This document shows positions 1 to 8,901 of a DNA stretch of 51,178 nt, piece by piece. Below the pieces are notes generated by a model. It searched no databases and had not been told where the DNA came from. It worked only from the letters and a program-made list of their open reading frames with translations. Position 1 is the first letter of the stretch; the number at the start of each line of letters is the position of its first letter. Made by a program: the position numbers and the translations under genes. The DNA is taken from positions 1-51,178 of the forward strand of contig JAUWQD010000016.1 of NCBI GenBank assembly GCA_030611265.1. The letters run 5' to 3'. Source of the DNA: Methanosarcinaceae archaeon. Its GTDB lineage: Archaea; Halobacteriota; Methanosarcinia; Methanosarcinales; Methanosarcinaceae.

Positions 1-143
1 AATAGGGACTATACTTATATAAGCTTTTTGTTATATTTCAAGAACAAGGTAACTTAATTGATGAATTAAAAAGTTAGGGACTAACAGCTTGAATGTGTGA
101 CCATGGCGTAGGATGCGGGTTTTTTCAAAAAATAGGGCGATTT

Positions 144-593
144 TCAGTTATCTTTGAAAGTCAAGAAGGAGTAGAGTTCAGAAAGGATATTTTCATAATT
201 TTTAGTTTTTATATCCGATTTAGTTAAAAATTCAATTATGTTTTGATATCCACTTAAGAATAATCCTCCTTTTAGGTTAGAAAAATCAAGTGAATTAACT
301 AAATCTAACCAATTGTTTCCAATACCATCCTTTACATTTTTAGAAACACTGTCGAAATTTATTAGTTTTTTTGATTCATTTCCTGAATCGCTAGAAAAAA
401 TCTCATCAATATCATCAAATACATCATAATTAATATTTTTATAATTTTTCAATTCTTTTTTCATATAGTAATATGAAAAATCATCAACTTGAGCTACTTT
501 GATTATTTGTTTGTTATTTCTTAAAAATTTTATTAAATAATAATATAACAAATCTTCTAATTCATTTTTTATTTCTTCGGTATACTCATTCAC
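144..593 (-). CDS. hypothetical protein (AT-rich, probably foreign)
   Basis: 149-aa ORF in a very AT-rich stretch. No recognisable motifs. Confidence 0.35.
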   Translation of the reverse strand: MNEYTEEIKNELEDLLYYYLIKFLRNNKQIIKVAQVDDFSYYYMKKELKNYKNINYDVFDDIDEIFSSDSGNESKKLINFDSVSKNVKDGIGNNWLDLVNSLDFSNLKGGLFLSGYQNIIEFLTKSDIKTKNYENILSELYSFLTFKDN

Positions 594-737
594 CCTATTT
601 TCCGCACATTTGATAAAGCTTAAAATCGATTTATTTTTAATAGAAAAAAATGATGTCTAGCCTTCGTTTTCGTCTCCCATAATAGATTGCCATTTCTTTC
701 ATTTCAGAGGTTATTCATATTCTTCACAGGTTGTAAA

Positions 738-1064
738 CTAATCTTTACATTTAGATAATACTTCTAGATCCTCTTCAAGCGGTATGATTTCTCTTACTTC
801 AACAATTGTATCCCATCCTTTTAAGAAATCCAATAGGGAATCAATATCCTCATCACGAACAAGAATTACACCACGATACAACTTGCGGTAAGGAATGGAC
901 TCCAGAAAACCAACCTTTCGATAACGGTATTTTCCTCCCCAAGAGCTGACTGCTTGTCCATACAGCTTCTGGGGGAACTTATTTCGTATTGATGGAAGTG
1001 TATTTGGAGGCAAGTAGAAAACTACAATCATTACTCTCATTGCGTGTTCAAACACACGCAACAT
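738..1064 (-). CDS. hypothetical protein
   Basis: 108-aa ORF abutting the IS region. No recognisable domain. Confidence 0.3.
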   Translation of the reverse strand: MLRVFEHAMRVMIVVFYLPPNTLPSIRNKFPQKLYGQAVSSWGGKYRYRKVGFLESIPYRKLYRGVILVRDEDIDSLLDFLKGWDTIVEVREIIPLEEDLEVLSKCKD

Positions 1065-1219
1065 TTATATAGTTATCGACCCAATACATAGAGCAATCAA
1101 GATGCCAAACGAACAGGCTCGTACATGGCAAAAACACACATGCCAGCAATTCAAGGCAGATGATGATATGATTAGAAAACCAAGAAGAGCAGAGTGCAAA
1201 ATGGAGGCAACAAGATAGC

Positions 1220-2929
1220 ATGAACGACGCTAAACAAGAATTCGGACTACAATCGAAGCAGTTCGGTGCACTACTAATTATTGACCACTTTCTTGAGCGA
1301 CTGAAACTCTCTAATCTTCTAAAGAACGCAATCAACTGTAGTGATAACAGCCATAAAATAGATCCATATGAGTGCCTCCTCCTCATGGTGATGAATTTAA
1401 TCGATGGGCGAAAGCCATTATATGAAATCAAAGAGTGGACTGCCGAATTCGCACCGCAAATTCTTCCTATAGGAGCCAACCAAATAGAGCATCTGAATGA
1501 TGATAGAATCGGACGAAATCTTGACAAATTATTCGATGCGGATCGAGCATCGCTCCAGACGAATATCGTACTCCAAGCAATCAAAGAATTTGGGATCAAT
1601 GTGGACGAGTTACACAACGACTCTACTACTATTACATTCACAGGGAAGTACAAAGATGCAAATGGAGATACCAAGCGTGGAAAGAAAACCATATTTATGA
1701 CAAATGGCCATAATAAAGATCATAGACCTGATCTGAAGCAAATATTATGGATACTTACAGTAACAGCTGATGGGGCCATACCAATACGATATGAAGCATG
1801 TGACGGGAATATAACTGATGATACCACACATGTTGAAACATGGAATACACTTTGTAAATTATTGGGACGGAGTGATTTCATATATATCGCAGACAGCAAG
1901 CTCTGTGTAAAAGATACATTGAAACATATTGCTGGAAATGATGGCTTTTTCATTACGATTTTACCTGCTACCAGAAAAGAGGAGCAAGACTTCAGGGATT
2001 ATGTCGTCACTAATAAAATAGAATGGCACGAAAAATGGGAGAAAGAAAAATCACGTTCTACTCAGAAATGGAAGATTCTTGAAAAATGGCGAATTGTCGA
2101 ATCCCACCTTCCATCAGCTGAAGGATTTCGTATTATTTGGGTTTGGAACTCAACCAAAGAGAAATGCGATCAGGAAAGTCGCTATAACTTGATTAAGAAG
2201 GCTCACAAACTATTCGAACAAATGGAGGAACGCCTACAAAACAAAAGGTCCCGCATACGAACACGAGAGGGGGTGGTCAAAGCTGCTGATAAAATAATCA
2301 CAGACACTGGCACGGGTCGCTGGGTGGACTATAGTATCAATGAGGATACTGAAAGGATAATTCGTCAAGTAGGTAAAGGTCGACCAGGCCTTAACACCAG
2401 TTATGTTTCTGAAACAAAAGTCCATTTTCATGTTTCTTGTAATATCGATAGTAACCTTGTCAAACATGACACCCATAGCGATGGAATGTTTCCACTAATA
2501 ACGAATTGTAAAGATATTAGCTGTAGAACTGTACTTGAAAAGTATAAGTATCAACCTCAATTGGAAAAGCGTCATGAACAGTTAAAAACAGTATACAATA
2601 TCACTCCCATCTGGTTGAACAGTATTACTCGTATCGAAGCCTTCTTGTTTTTGTATTTTGTGGCTCTATTGGTCCAGTCCATTATCGAGCGGGCTGTTCG
2701 ACAGAGTATGGAAAAGAATGGTTTAGAGAGCATCCCCATCTACCCTGAATCGAGGGAATGTCGTTACCCGACAACGGATCGAATTTTGGGTCTTTTTGAG
2801 AACGTTCACTACCATGACTTAATTAGAAATGGCACCATAGCCCAGACTTTTCAGCCTCAATTGAGCGAGATTCAACAGTTAGTTCTCAAATTATTGGATA
2901 TTCCTGTTGAGGTCTATAAGAAGATTTGA
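1220..2929 (+). CDS. DDE transposase, IS4 superfamily / IS1634-like
   Basis: 569-aa ORF. Size and motifs (HNDSTTITFTGKY, IYIADSKL) resemble IS1634-type transposases. Paralogous to the ORF at 2947..3882. Confidence 0.65.
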   Translation: MNDAKQEFGLQSKQFGALLIIDHFLERLKLSNLLKNAINCSDNSHKIDPYECLLLMVMNLIDGRKPLYEIKEWTAEFAPQILPIGANQIEHLNDDRIGRNLDKLFDADRASLQTNIVLQAIKEFGINVDELHNDSTTITFTGKYKDANGDTKRGKKTIFMTNGHNKDHRPDLKQILWILTVTADGAIPIRYEACDGNITDDTTHVETWNTLCKLLGRSDFIYIADSKLCVKDTLKHIAGNDGFFITILPATRKEEQDFRDYVVTNKIEWHEKWEKEKSRSTQKWKILEKWRIVESHLPSAEGFRIIWVWNSTKEKCDQESRYNLIKKAHKLFEQMEERLQNKRSRIRTREGVVKAADKIITDTGTGRWVDYSINEDTERIIRQVGKGRPGLNTSYVSETKVHFHVSCNIDSNLVKHDTHSDGMFPLITNCKDISCRTVLEKYKYQPQLEKRHEQLKTVYNITPIWLNSITRIEAFLFLYFVALLVQSIIERAVRQSMEKNGLESIPIYPESRECRYPTTDRILGLFENVHYHDLIRNGTIAQTFQPQLSEIQQLVLKLLDIPVEVYKKI

Positions 2930-2946
2930 TTTTTAAGTGCCATGAA

Positions 2947-3882
2947 TTAAATCGAAGATAAGACATTTGAGATGTGCGGAAAATAGGTTTTAATGTTGGT
3001 ATTAAATGTCTTTACCTGTCGTTTTTTAGTCGCTTTAGATTGAATCAATACCCATTTTTGTTCCATTCCACCATATGACGATGTCGTTTCATAATACGAG
3101 TATCGCTTATCTGTACAAAATTCTAATTCAACATCTGTATTCTGAAGATCTTTAACTTCATTTATTGTCGCAGGCGGTCTTGTGATCCAAAGAGTTTTTT
3201 TCCCTAACTCGGTGATGTTCTTATCACTGTAAATTGCACTATCAGCAATGTGGTACACTTTTTCATCCAATTCAAGACTATTCTGTATTTTCTTGACAGT
3301 TTTTACTAATGTTGTTTTATCAGGAGCATTTCCCGAAAGAGTTTCTACAAAAAGCGGTATACCTTCCTGATTACACACCATGCCCAGTACAAAACGTTTC
3401 AGATCCCATCGATAATCTTTAGGGTGGCCATAAGTAATCTCAATGGTATTGAGTTCAGGATCACGATTCTCGTAATTTCCATATAGGCTGAAATTGGTTG
3501 TGTCGTTGTGCAGAATATGGTTGTCAAGTGGAACGTTTTTCATAGCTTTGAGAACGATCTTGTTGAAAAGTTCAGTACAACCGTGTTCATATATTTTATC
3601 AAGTGTTCTTCCAAGAACGTCGTCGTTTATGTGTTCCGGGAGAATGCCTTCTCCCAATAATCGTTCTGTTGGGAGGTTTTCAAAATAGTCAGAATAAAGG
3701 TACAGGCGGCTTTCGTTGAAGCCTAAACCATTCAAACACATGGCTTTGATTACTGTGGAATGGGATAAATTGTATTTTCGACTTTTTGGGATGTTGGCAT
3801 CGATTACATCTGCAATATCAAGTTCGTCAAACGTTCCGCTAACTAATCCTAAATGTGATAGTGTTGTAGTTGTTATGTCCAT
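2947..3882 (-). pseudogene. truncated IS1634-like transposase (N-terminal 311 aa only)
   Basis: N-terminal region is homologous to the 1220..2929 product (HNDTTNFSLYGNY, IYHIADSAIY). The C-terminal half is missing. It ends 18 nt from the stop of the convergent intact transposase. Confidence 0.55.
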
Positions 3883-4017
3883 CAGTTGTTCATCCCCTCA
3901 GATGAGTTTACTGATGAAATGGAGGAAGTTGATTAAAAAGATTCACTTTTGTGATTTACCTGCGGAAAGTGCGGTGCATGTACAAGTTACTTTATCGGAA
4001 TCGAAGGGCGCAACATT

Positions 4018-4248
4018 TTGATAACAAAATACCTCAAAATTGGCGAACGTGAAATACAAAAATCAGAGCAAATGTTTACCAAATATGGACCATATGCACT
4101 ATTATTTACATGGCTTCCCGGAATTGGAGATGCGCTCACTGTTGTGAGTGGCATTCTCAAATATCGCTTTGATTTGTTCACGCTCTTTGTTTTCACAGGC
4201 AAATTTTTAAGATATTTTGCAGTTGCATACCTTGTGTATCTTTACTGA
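4018..4248 (+). pseudogene. 3' fragment of YqaA/DedA-family membrane protein gene
   Basis: Product aligns with the C-terminal half of E. coli YqaA (KYGPYALLFTWLPGIGDALTVVSGILKY...FLRYFAVA). The N-terminal half is absent and replaced by IS sequence. Confidence 0.5.
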
Positions 4249-4280
4249 GATATCTTGAGATTGCAGAGAATATATTTGCC

Positions 4281-6518
4281 TCACAACTTTGCTCCGCACT
4301 CAAGGCAAAACTTTTCATTAACATCTACATCTCTGCCGCAGTTCGGACACTTCTTCACATCCGTACCTGTGCCAATATTTGATCGCTGTACAAGCGAATC
4401 CTTCACCTGCGTTCCGATGTTGTCACCATAGTGATAGAAGTTCTGCACGATACTGTCATTAATGTATCCTTTGACCTGCACGCGCTTTTCCAGTTCATCC
4501 AGTATTCCGTGATAAAATCCAGTCAGTGCATCCTCACGCTCTGCCCATGCTTTGAGTATGAGTTTTGATCTCTTTGCACCGCCAACGACCTCGATCTGCG
4601 CGGCGTATTTCAATTCCTTGACACCTTCGCCGTAGAAGCGCGCCACGCCGTTGAACATCTGAGGTGTAGACGTGACCTCAGGTTCGAGTATGAACATATT
4701 CATATCCTCGATGACTCTTGACACCAAGTTGAATAACGTCTCGCTTGGCATTGAAATATCCTGCGTGGTCTCCTCGGTTTTAACAAGGTGGTTGACTATG
4801 TTTCTCCATTCGGTTTTGTTTATCTCTTTGACCCTGAGAAGTGGACAGACTATACTGAGGGACTTTATTTCAAGGTCGGTCTCCTGACGTTTCTTGGTGC
4901 TGTAATCATAATAGTTTACCCTGCCGGAAACATTACATTCGCCGCATTCGCCGGTAGGTCTTATCTCAAAGGTAACTGTCTTGCTCTCACCCGGCTCAAG
5001 CATAGAGATGGTTTTTTCCTTATTTTCCAGAAGGAAAACGTCAGGTACGAACAGATGGATTTTAATGTCGCCGATTGGGTCAGAGGTTGGGTTTTTGATC
5101 TTGATCTTGTGGATGATCGTTGCGCCTTTGTAGCCGAAGGCGGATGATGTGTTAATTCTGCTTTCTTCTTTTGATTTAATTGTGTCTACGGGCGTTGTAC
5201 TTTTTGTAGGAGCTTTCGTGATTTTAGCTGTGGTTTGAGATACTGTTTTGCTGGATGAAGATGCAGATTTTTTTTTCTTTCTTGCTACAACTACAACCAG
5301 AAAGAGCAGCAACAAGAACAAAATTCCACAAGCGGCTAATAAAATTGGATCAGGGGAGAGATTTGCAGAAACCGATGCAGTCATACCTGAACTCACGGTT
5401 ACTGTTTTAGATAAGTCAGTATAACCTGATTTTGTTAATTTGATGGTATATGAACCAACCGGGATATTTTTTAGAGTTATAGGTGTAATCCCTTTGGATG
5501 TTCCATCGAGGTAAACATTTGTGCCGCTTGGATTTGAAGATATACTGATAGAACCAGTTTGTGCAGTCAATGTTGTAGAAACCGATGCAGTCTTACCTGA
5601 ACTCACTGTTACTGATTTCGAGATGTCAGTGTAACCAGATTTTGTTAATTTGACTGTATGCGAACCTATTGGAACATTGTGTAACGTTATCGGTGTAGTT
5701 CCTTTGGATGTGCCATCAAGGTAAACATTTGCACCACTTGGATTTGAAGATACACTGATGGAACCAGTCTGAGCAATTAGTGATTCTGAAAACGAAATTG
5801 TTTGTCCTGAAATTATAGTTACTGTTTTTAAAATGTCATTGTAACCTGACTTTGTTAATTTAACAGTGTGTGAACCAATTGGAATATCTATTAGGGTAGA
5901 TGATGTAATTCCCTTGGATGTTCCGTCGAAATAGATATTTGCACCACTTGGATTCGACATAATCGAAATCGATCCTTCTGCAATTGTTGGTCTTTTATCA
6001 ACATCATCACGTTTACCATCACCATCTGTATCAGGGTTGTTAGGATCGGTTTTCAAATCTTCAACTTCTACATAATAGGGCAAGTTGTCATGATCGTAAT
6101 CAGACACTTCTTCTACTGAATAACAACGACGCGTTTCAATTACAGTATCAAGTAATTCATTAGTAGCTGGCCATGTCCAATCTATATAGAGACGGTAATA
6201 GAATGTTCTTGGACCTGAGTCACCCATCGTTGATGTATATGCAACCTTTTTAGTTTCTCCAGCTTCGAGCAAAAACTCTATTGTATGAACCAGTCCAGAT
6301 GAACTTTTAACATCGACCTGATAATTAAGTGAATTTGTTCCAGTATTTTTTACTGTAACTTCATATGTTACAGTTTGTCCACTTACTAAAATGTCTGGTT
6401 TTGAATTTGCACTGATAATTTCACCGTCGTTTTTTGCGGCTACTGGAGTACAGAACAGTAAAACTATAATTAGACAAGCTATTAATAATAGCATCCATTT
6501 CGTTTTTATTTTTGCCAT
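4281..6518 (-). CDS. surface protein with signal peptide, CARDB-like and thrombospondin-3-like segments and 3 PEGA repeats; single TM; cytoplasmic CARDB-like plus unknown domain; C-terminal zinc ribbon
   Basis: Signal peptide MAKIKTKWMLLLIACLIIVLL. Three PEGA-like repeats of about 69 aa. TM helix followed by RKKKK. C-terminus ends HYGDNIGTQVKDSLVQRSNIG...CPNCGRDVDVNEKFCLECGAKL. Confidence 0.8.
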   Translation of the reverse strand: MAKIKTKWMLLLIACLIIVLLFCTPVAAKNDGEIISANSKPDILVSGQTVTYEVTVKNTGTNSLNYQVDVKSSSGLVHTIEFLLEAGETKKVAYTSTMGDSGPRTFYYRLYIDWTWPATNELLDTVIETRRCYSVEEVSDYDHDNLPYYVEVEDLKTDPNNPDTDGDGKRDDVDKRPTIAEGSISIMSNPSGANIYFDGTSKGITSSTLIDIPIGSHTVKLTKSGYNDILKTVTIISGQTISFSESLIAQTGSISVSSNPSGANVYLDGTSKGTTPITLHNVPIGSHTVKLTKSGYTDISKSVTVSSGKTASVSTTLTAQTGSISISSNPSGTNVYLDGTSKGITPITLKNIPVGSYTIKLTKSGYTDLSKTVTVSSGMTASVSANLSPDPILLAACGILFLLLLFLVVVVARKKKKSASSSSKTVSQTTAKITKAPTKSTTPVDTIKSKEESRINTSSAFGYKGATIIHKIKIKNPTSDPIGDIKIHLFVPDVFLLENKEKTISMLEPGESKTVTFEIRPTGECGECNVSGRVNYYDYSTKKRQETDLEIKSLSIVCPLLRVKEINKTEWRNIVNHLVKTEETTQDISMPSETLFNLVSRVIEDMNMFILEPEVTSTPQMFNGVARFYGEGVKELKYAAQIEVVGGAKRSKLILKAWAEREDALTGFYHGILDELEKRVQVKGYINDSIVQNFYHYGDNIGTQVKDSLVQRSNIGTGTDVKKCPNCGRDVDVNEKFCLECGAKL
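5348..5978. repeat. three tandem ~207-bp intragenic repeats encoding PEGA domains
   Basis: DNA-level near-repeats (e.g. aaccgatgcagtc(a/t)tacctgaactcac(g/t)gttactg...) encoding the SIS(V/I)SSNPSG(A/T)NVYLDGTSKG repeats. Confidence 0.6.
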
Positions 6519-6562
6519 GTAATCAAGTATTCAAATACAGTTATTAGATATTATAATTTACC

Positions 6563-7855
6563 TCAAACCTTCATCCCACACTCCCCACAAAACTTAGCCC
6601 CACTCCGAACCGTCGCCCCGCACTCAGCACACTTCACAACATCAGCAGACACCTTACCCTGCGCCGCTCCCATCATCCCGGCATCCAGTTCCTGCCGCCT
6701 GTATGAATCAGCACGCTCCCTGTCCTCCACATCCATCATGAACTGTACCTTATCTTCCTTAGCTCGTGCCTCAGCTTCCTTCATCTTTGCGAGGGCTTCG
6801 ATCTGCTCAGAAGACATGCCGCTAAGTTCACGACCCTGCACAATCGTGTTGGCAACATCCGCGCCGCCTGTTTCGGTAACCGATTTCAGATACTCCATGT
6901 CGCGTCCATGTTTTCGATCACTCATATCTTCATCAAGTTCCATCTCTGCACGTTTTGCGTCCGTCTTGGAATCTTTCCATGACTTGAATGTATCAATAGC
7001 CTGCCGTGCTTCTGCTGCATCCGCTTCGTTTTCGATAGCCGATCTTTCAGCCTCATGGCGCGCATCCTTTACCATCTCGGCGCGGTCATGTTCGCTCATC
7101 GCAGATTCGGGTGCAATGCCGCTTCTGACCTTTGCAACATCTTCACGCCCCATGCGTTCATGATCGCCTTCAGCGGCAAGAGTGTCTATTTCCTTAAGCT
7201 CCTCTTCATTCTGGAATTTATTTGTTGCATCCAAAACGGAAACATAGTCGCCAAGGTCCCACTGTGCTGTATATCGAAGCAGTTCAAGTCCCCACATGGA
7301 AAGCGTTGTCTTGAGTTGCATCTCAAGTTCATTCTCCATCTTAAGCTGGAGGTCACGGTTGCCGTAGATATTATCCATGGTCACTTGCTTAATTTCAGGT
7401 TCCAGTACCCGTGAGATCGTCTCGCTCTCAAGGCGGCCATATATATCCTGAATAGAAAGCACTCGCCCTCCCTTTTCATCGGGAGTTGTGTAAGCAAAAA
7501 GCATCTGGAAGAAACGCTTTGGGTCTTGCATCTTGAAACGCATAATTCCGCTGCATCCGACCTTCTGGTTGTCGGCTGTCCACAGGTCGGCATGTTCCCA
7601 ATCGAGATCCTTTGGGGATGTGTCCATTAGTGCAACATCCACATCCTTTGCTATGTTGCCCGGTTTGAGCAAACCGCCAACGCGCAGTTTTCCGCTATCG
7701 ATGATCTCTTGAACCACACCGTTTCTGATTATCGCAGCTTTTTCGTTTGGAGATAGTATCACTGATTTAAAAAATACTCCACTGACGTCTTTTTTAGAGA
7801 TTACTCTTGCAATATCATCAATTTGTTTCTTCCATTTGAATACCATATTTACCAC
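6563..7855 (-). CDS. SPFH/band-7 (flotillin-like) protein with charged coiled-coil region and C-terminal zinc ribbon
   Basis: N-terminal SPFH-like motifs (AAIIRNGVVQEI, TADNQKVGCSGIMRFKMQDPKRFF, SMWGLELLRY). Long E/R/K/A-rich helical region. Ends KCAECGATVRSGAKFCGECGMKV. Confidence 0.7.
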   Translation of the reverse strand: MVNMVFKWKKQIDDIARVISKKDVSGVFFKSVILSPNEKAAIIRNGVVQEIIDSGKLRVGGLLKPGNIAKDVDVALMDTSPKDLDWEHADLWTADNQKVGCSGIMRFKMQDPKRFFQMLFAYTTPDEKGGRVLSIQDIYGRLESETISRVLEPEIKQVTMDNIYGNRDLQLKMENELEMQLKTTLSMWGLELLRYTAQWDLGDYVSVLDATNKFQNEEELKEIDTLAAEGDHERMGREDVAKVRSGIAPESAMSEHDRAEMVKDARHEAERSAIENEADAAEARQAIDTFKSWKDSKTDAKRAEMELDEDMSDRKHGRDMEYLKSVTETGGADVANTIVQGRELSGMSSEQIEALAKMKEAEARAKEDKVQFMMDVEDRERADSYRRQELDAGMMGAAQGKVSADVVKCAECGATVRSGAKFCGECGMKV

Positions 7856-7938
7856 ATCCGAACACTTTTATATTTACATAACTAATAGTTTTGTTGCTGT
7901 TACAATATATTAGTAAGTATTATATATATTGTTTTCCA

Positions 7939-7968
7939 TTGTATACAATCGTAATACATATTATGTAT
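7939..7968. promoter_or_regulatory. palindromic candidate operator in divergent promoter region (TTGTATACAA and ATACATA-t-TATGTAT)
   Basis: Perfect 10-bp palindrome at 7939-7948 and a 7-bp inverted repeat at 7954-7968, in the 129-bp AT-rich intergenic region between divergent genes. Confidence 0.4.
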
Positions 7969-7984
7969 ATTCGGCGGAGATTAA

Positions 7985-8140
7985 ATGAAACGATCCTATG
8001 CAGTTAGTGCACGAGTATCAGAAGATAGTAAATTATACCTTGATAAGTTGGTTGAGAGAGGGATAGCGATCAACAAATCTGAAGCATTGAAATTATGTAT
8101 AAGGTATGCCAAGCAAATGAAAATGGAGGAGGAGATATAA
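7985..8140 (+). CDS. small ribbon-helix-helix (CopG/Arc-like) DNA-binding protein
   Basis: 51-aa ORF MKRSYAVSARVSEDSKLYLDKLVERGIAINKSEALKLCIRYAKQMKMEEEI. N-terminal beta-strand then two helices, as in RHH proteins. Stop abuts the ATG of the next gene. Not in the ORF track because it is under 60 aa. Confidence 0.5.
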   Translation: MKRSYAVSARVSEDSKLYLDKLVERGIAINKSEALKLCIRYAKQMKMEEEI

Positions 8141-8704
8141 ATGGGACTAAGTAATCCATTCAAAAAAGTTTCACCGGATGAAATGAAGACAAAACTTTCT
8201 ATGTCCGAGCAGAGATTATCCACACGCGAGAGGGAACTTGATAAAAAACGCCAAAAAGCACGCGATCAGGCAAAGGAAGCGCTTGCAAACGGAAATGACC
8301 GCGAGTTTCGGGTCGCATCCCGCAGGCATTCTATGGTCGAGGGGCAGGTTAATACAATCAGCAGCATGGTTGAAATGGCGCAGTCCATGTCAGATGTTAT
8401 TGAGATGCAGAGCGGACTCAAAGAGGTTGTTGATATTGGAAATGACCTTGGCAAGTGGCAAAAACAACTCGGATTTGACACAAGCAAGTTAGAGGGCGCA
8501 GTTACCAACATCCGCACTTCGATGGAAAAAGTGAATACCGCAACCAACATGATGACCAGTTCAATGGATGCAGCCATGGGCGGCGGAACTGAACTCAGCG
8601 ACATGCAGGATTCCCTCAGGAGTGAACTGCTTGCAGAGCTTAGCAGTGACACAGTATCTGATGACAAGTTGTCAAAAAAGATCGAAGAAGAGATGGAAGA
8701 GTGA
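8141..8704 (+). CDS. ESCRT-III / Snf7-family (CHMP2-like) protein
   Basis: 187 aa. Aligns along its length with CHMP2A-type ESCRT-III (FKKVSPDEMKTKL...ERELDKKRQKARDQAKEALANGNDREFRVASRR...SSMDAAMGGG). C-terminal amphipathic acidic helix DMQDSLRSELLAELS is MIM1-like. GGAGG ribosome-binding site upstream. Confidence 0.75.
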   Translation: MGLSNPFKKVSPDEMKTKLSMSEQRLSTRERELDKKRQKARDQAKEALANGNDREFRVASRRHSMVEGQVNTISSMVEMAQSMSDVIEMQSGLKEVVDIGNDLGKWQKQLGFDTSKLEGAVTNIRTSMEKVNTATNMMTSSMDAAMGGGTELSDMQDSLRSELLAELSSDTVSDDKLSKKIEEEMEE

Positions 8705-8901
8705 ATTAGTGTTTTGGATGATTTGATTCATCCAATACTCTGCGGTTAATTAAAAAAAAATTGATCACTGGAATTTTGTCAATTTTCTTTGTGTCTTTCT
8801 TTGTTCTCTGTGTTTTTTCGAAAAGTTCACGACATAATAAAAATAAATTTGAATTCCAGCAATGATATTATGATTACTGTAGTAGATTAATGAGGAATCC
8901 C

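Larger units (their letters stand above)
1060..4020. mobile_element. IS4/IS1634-like insertion sequence region (two convergent copies, one truncated); boundaries approximate
   Basis: Two convergent paralogous transposase ORFs. Shared subterminal motif cT(c/t)GTACATG(g)CA near 1117 and, reverse-complemented, near 3980. The downstream yqaA-like gene lacks its 5' half. Confidence 0.45.

Noticed and set aside
1048-1692. 214-aa minus-strand ORF overlapping the transposase gene
   Set aside because: It lies entirely within or antisense to the IS transposase and its upstream region. Its composition is low-complexity, so it is probably spurious.
1057-4020. Ten-nt direct repeat CGCAACATTT at 1061-1070 and 4011-4020, possible target-site duplication of a composite IS insertion
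   Set aside because: The sequences just inside the two copies are not inverted repeats of each other. The missing yqaA 5' half is not found left of 1057. This is more likely chance or a family-specific motif. Left unresolved.
6738-7414. Plus-strand ORFs of 141 and 119 aa inside the SPFH gene
   Set aside because: They are antisense to a well-supported gene and are Ser/Ala-rich frame artefacts of the E/R/K/A-rich coding strand.
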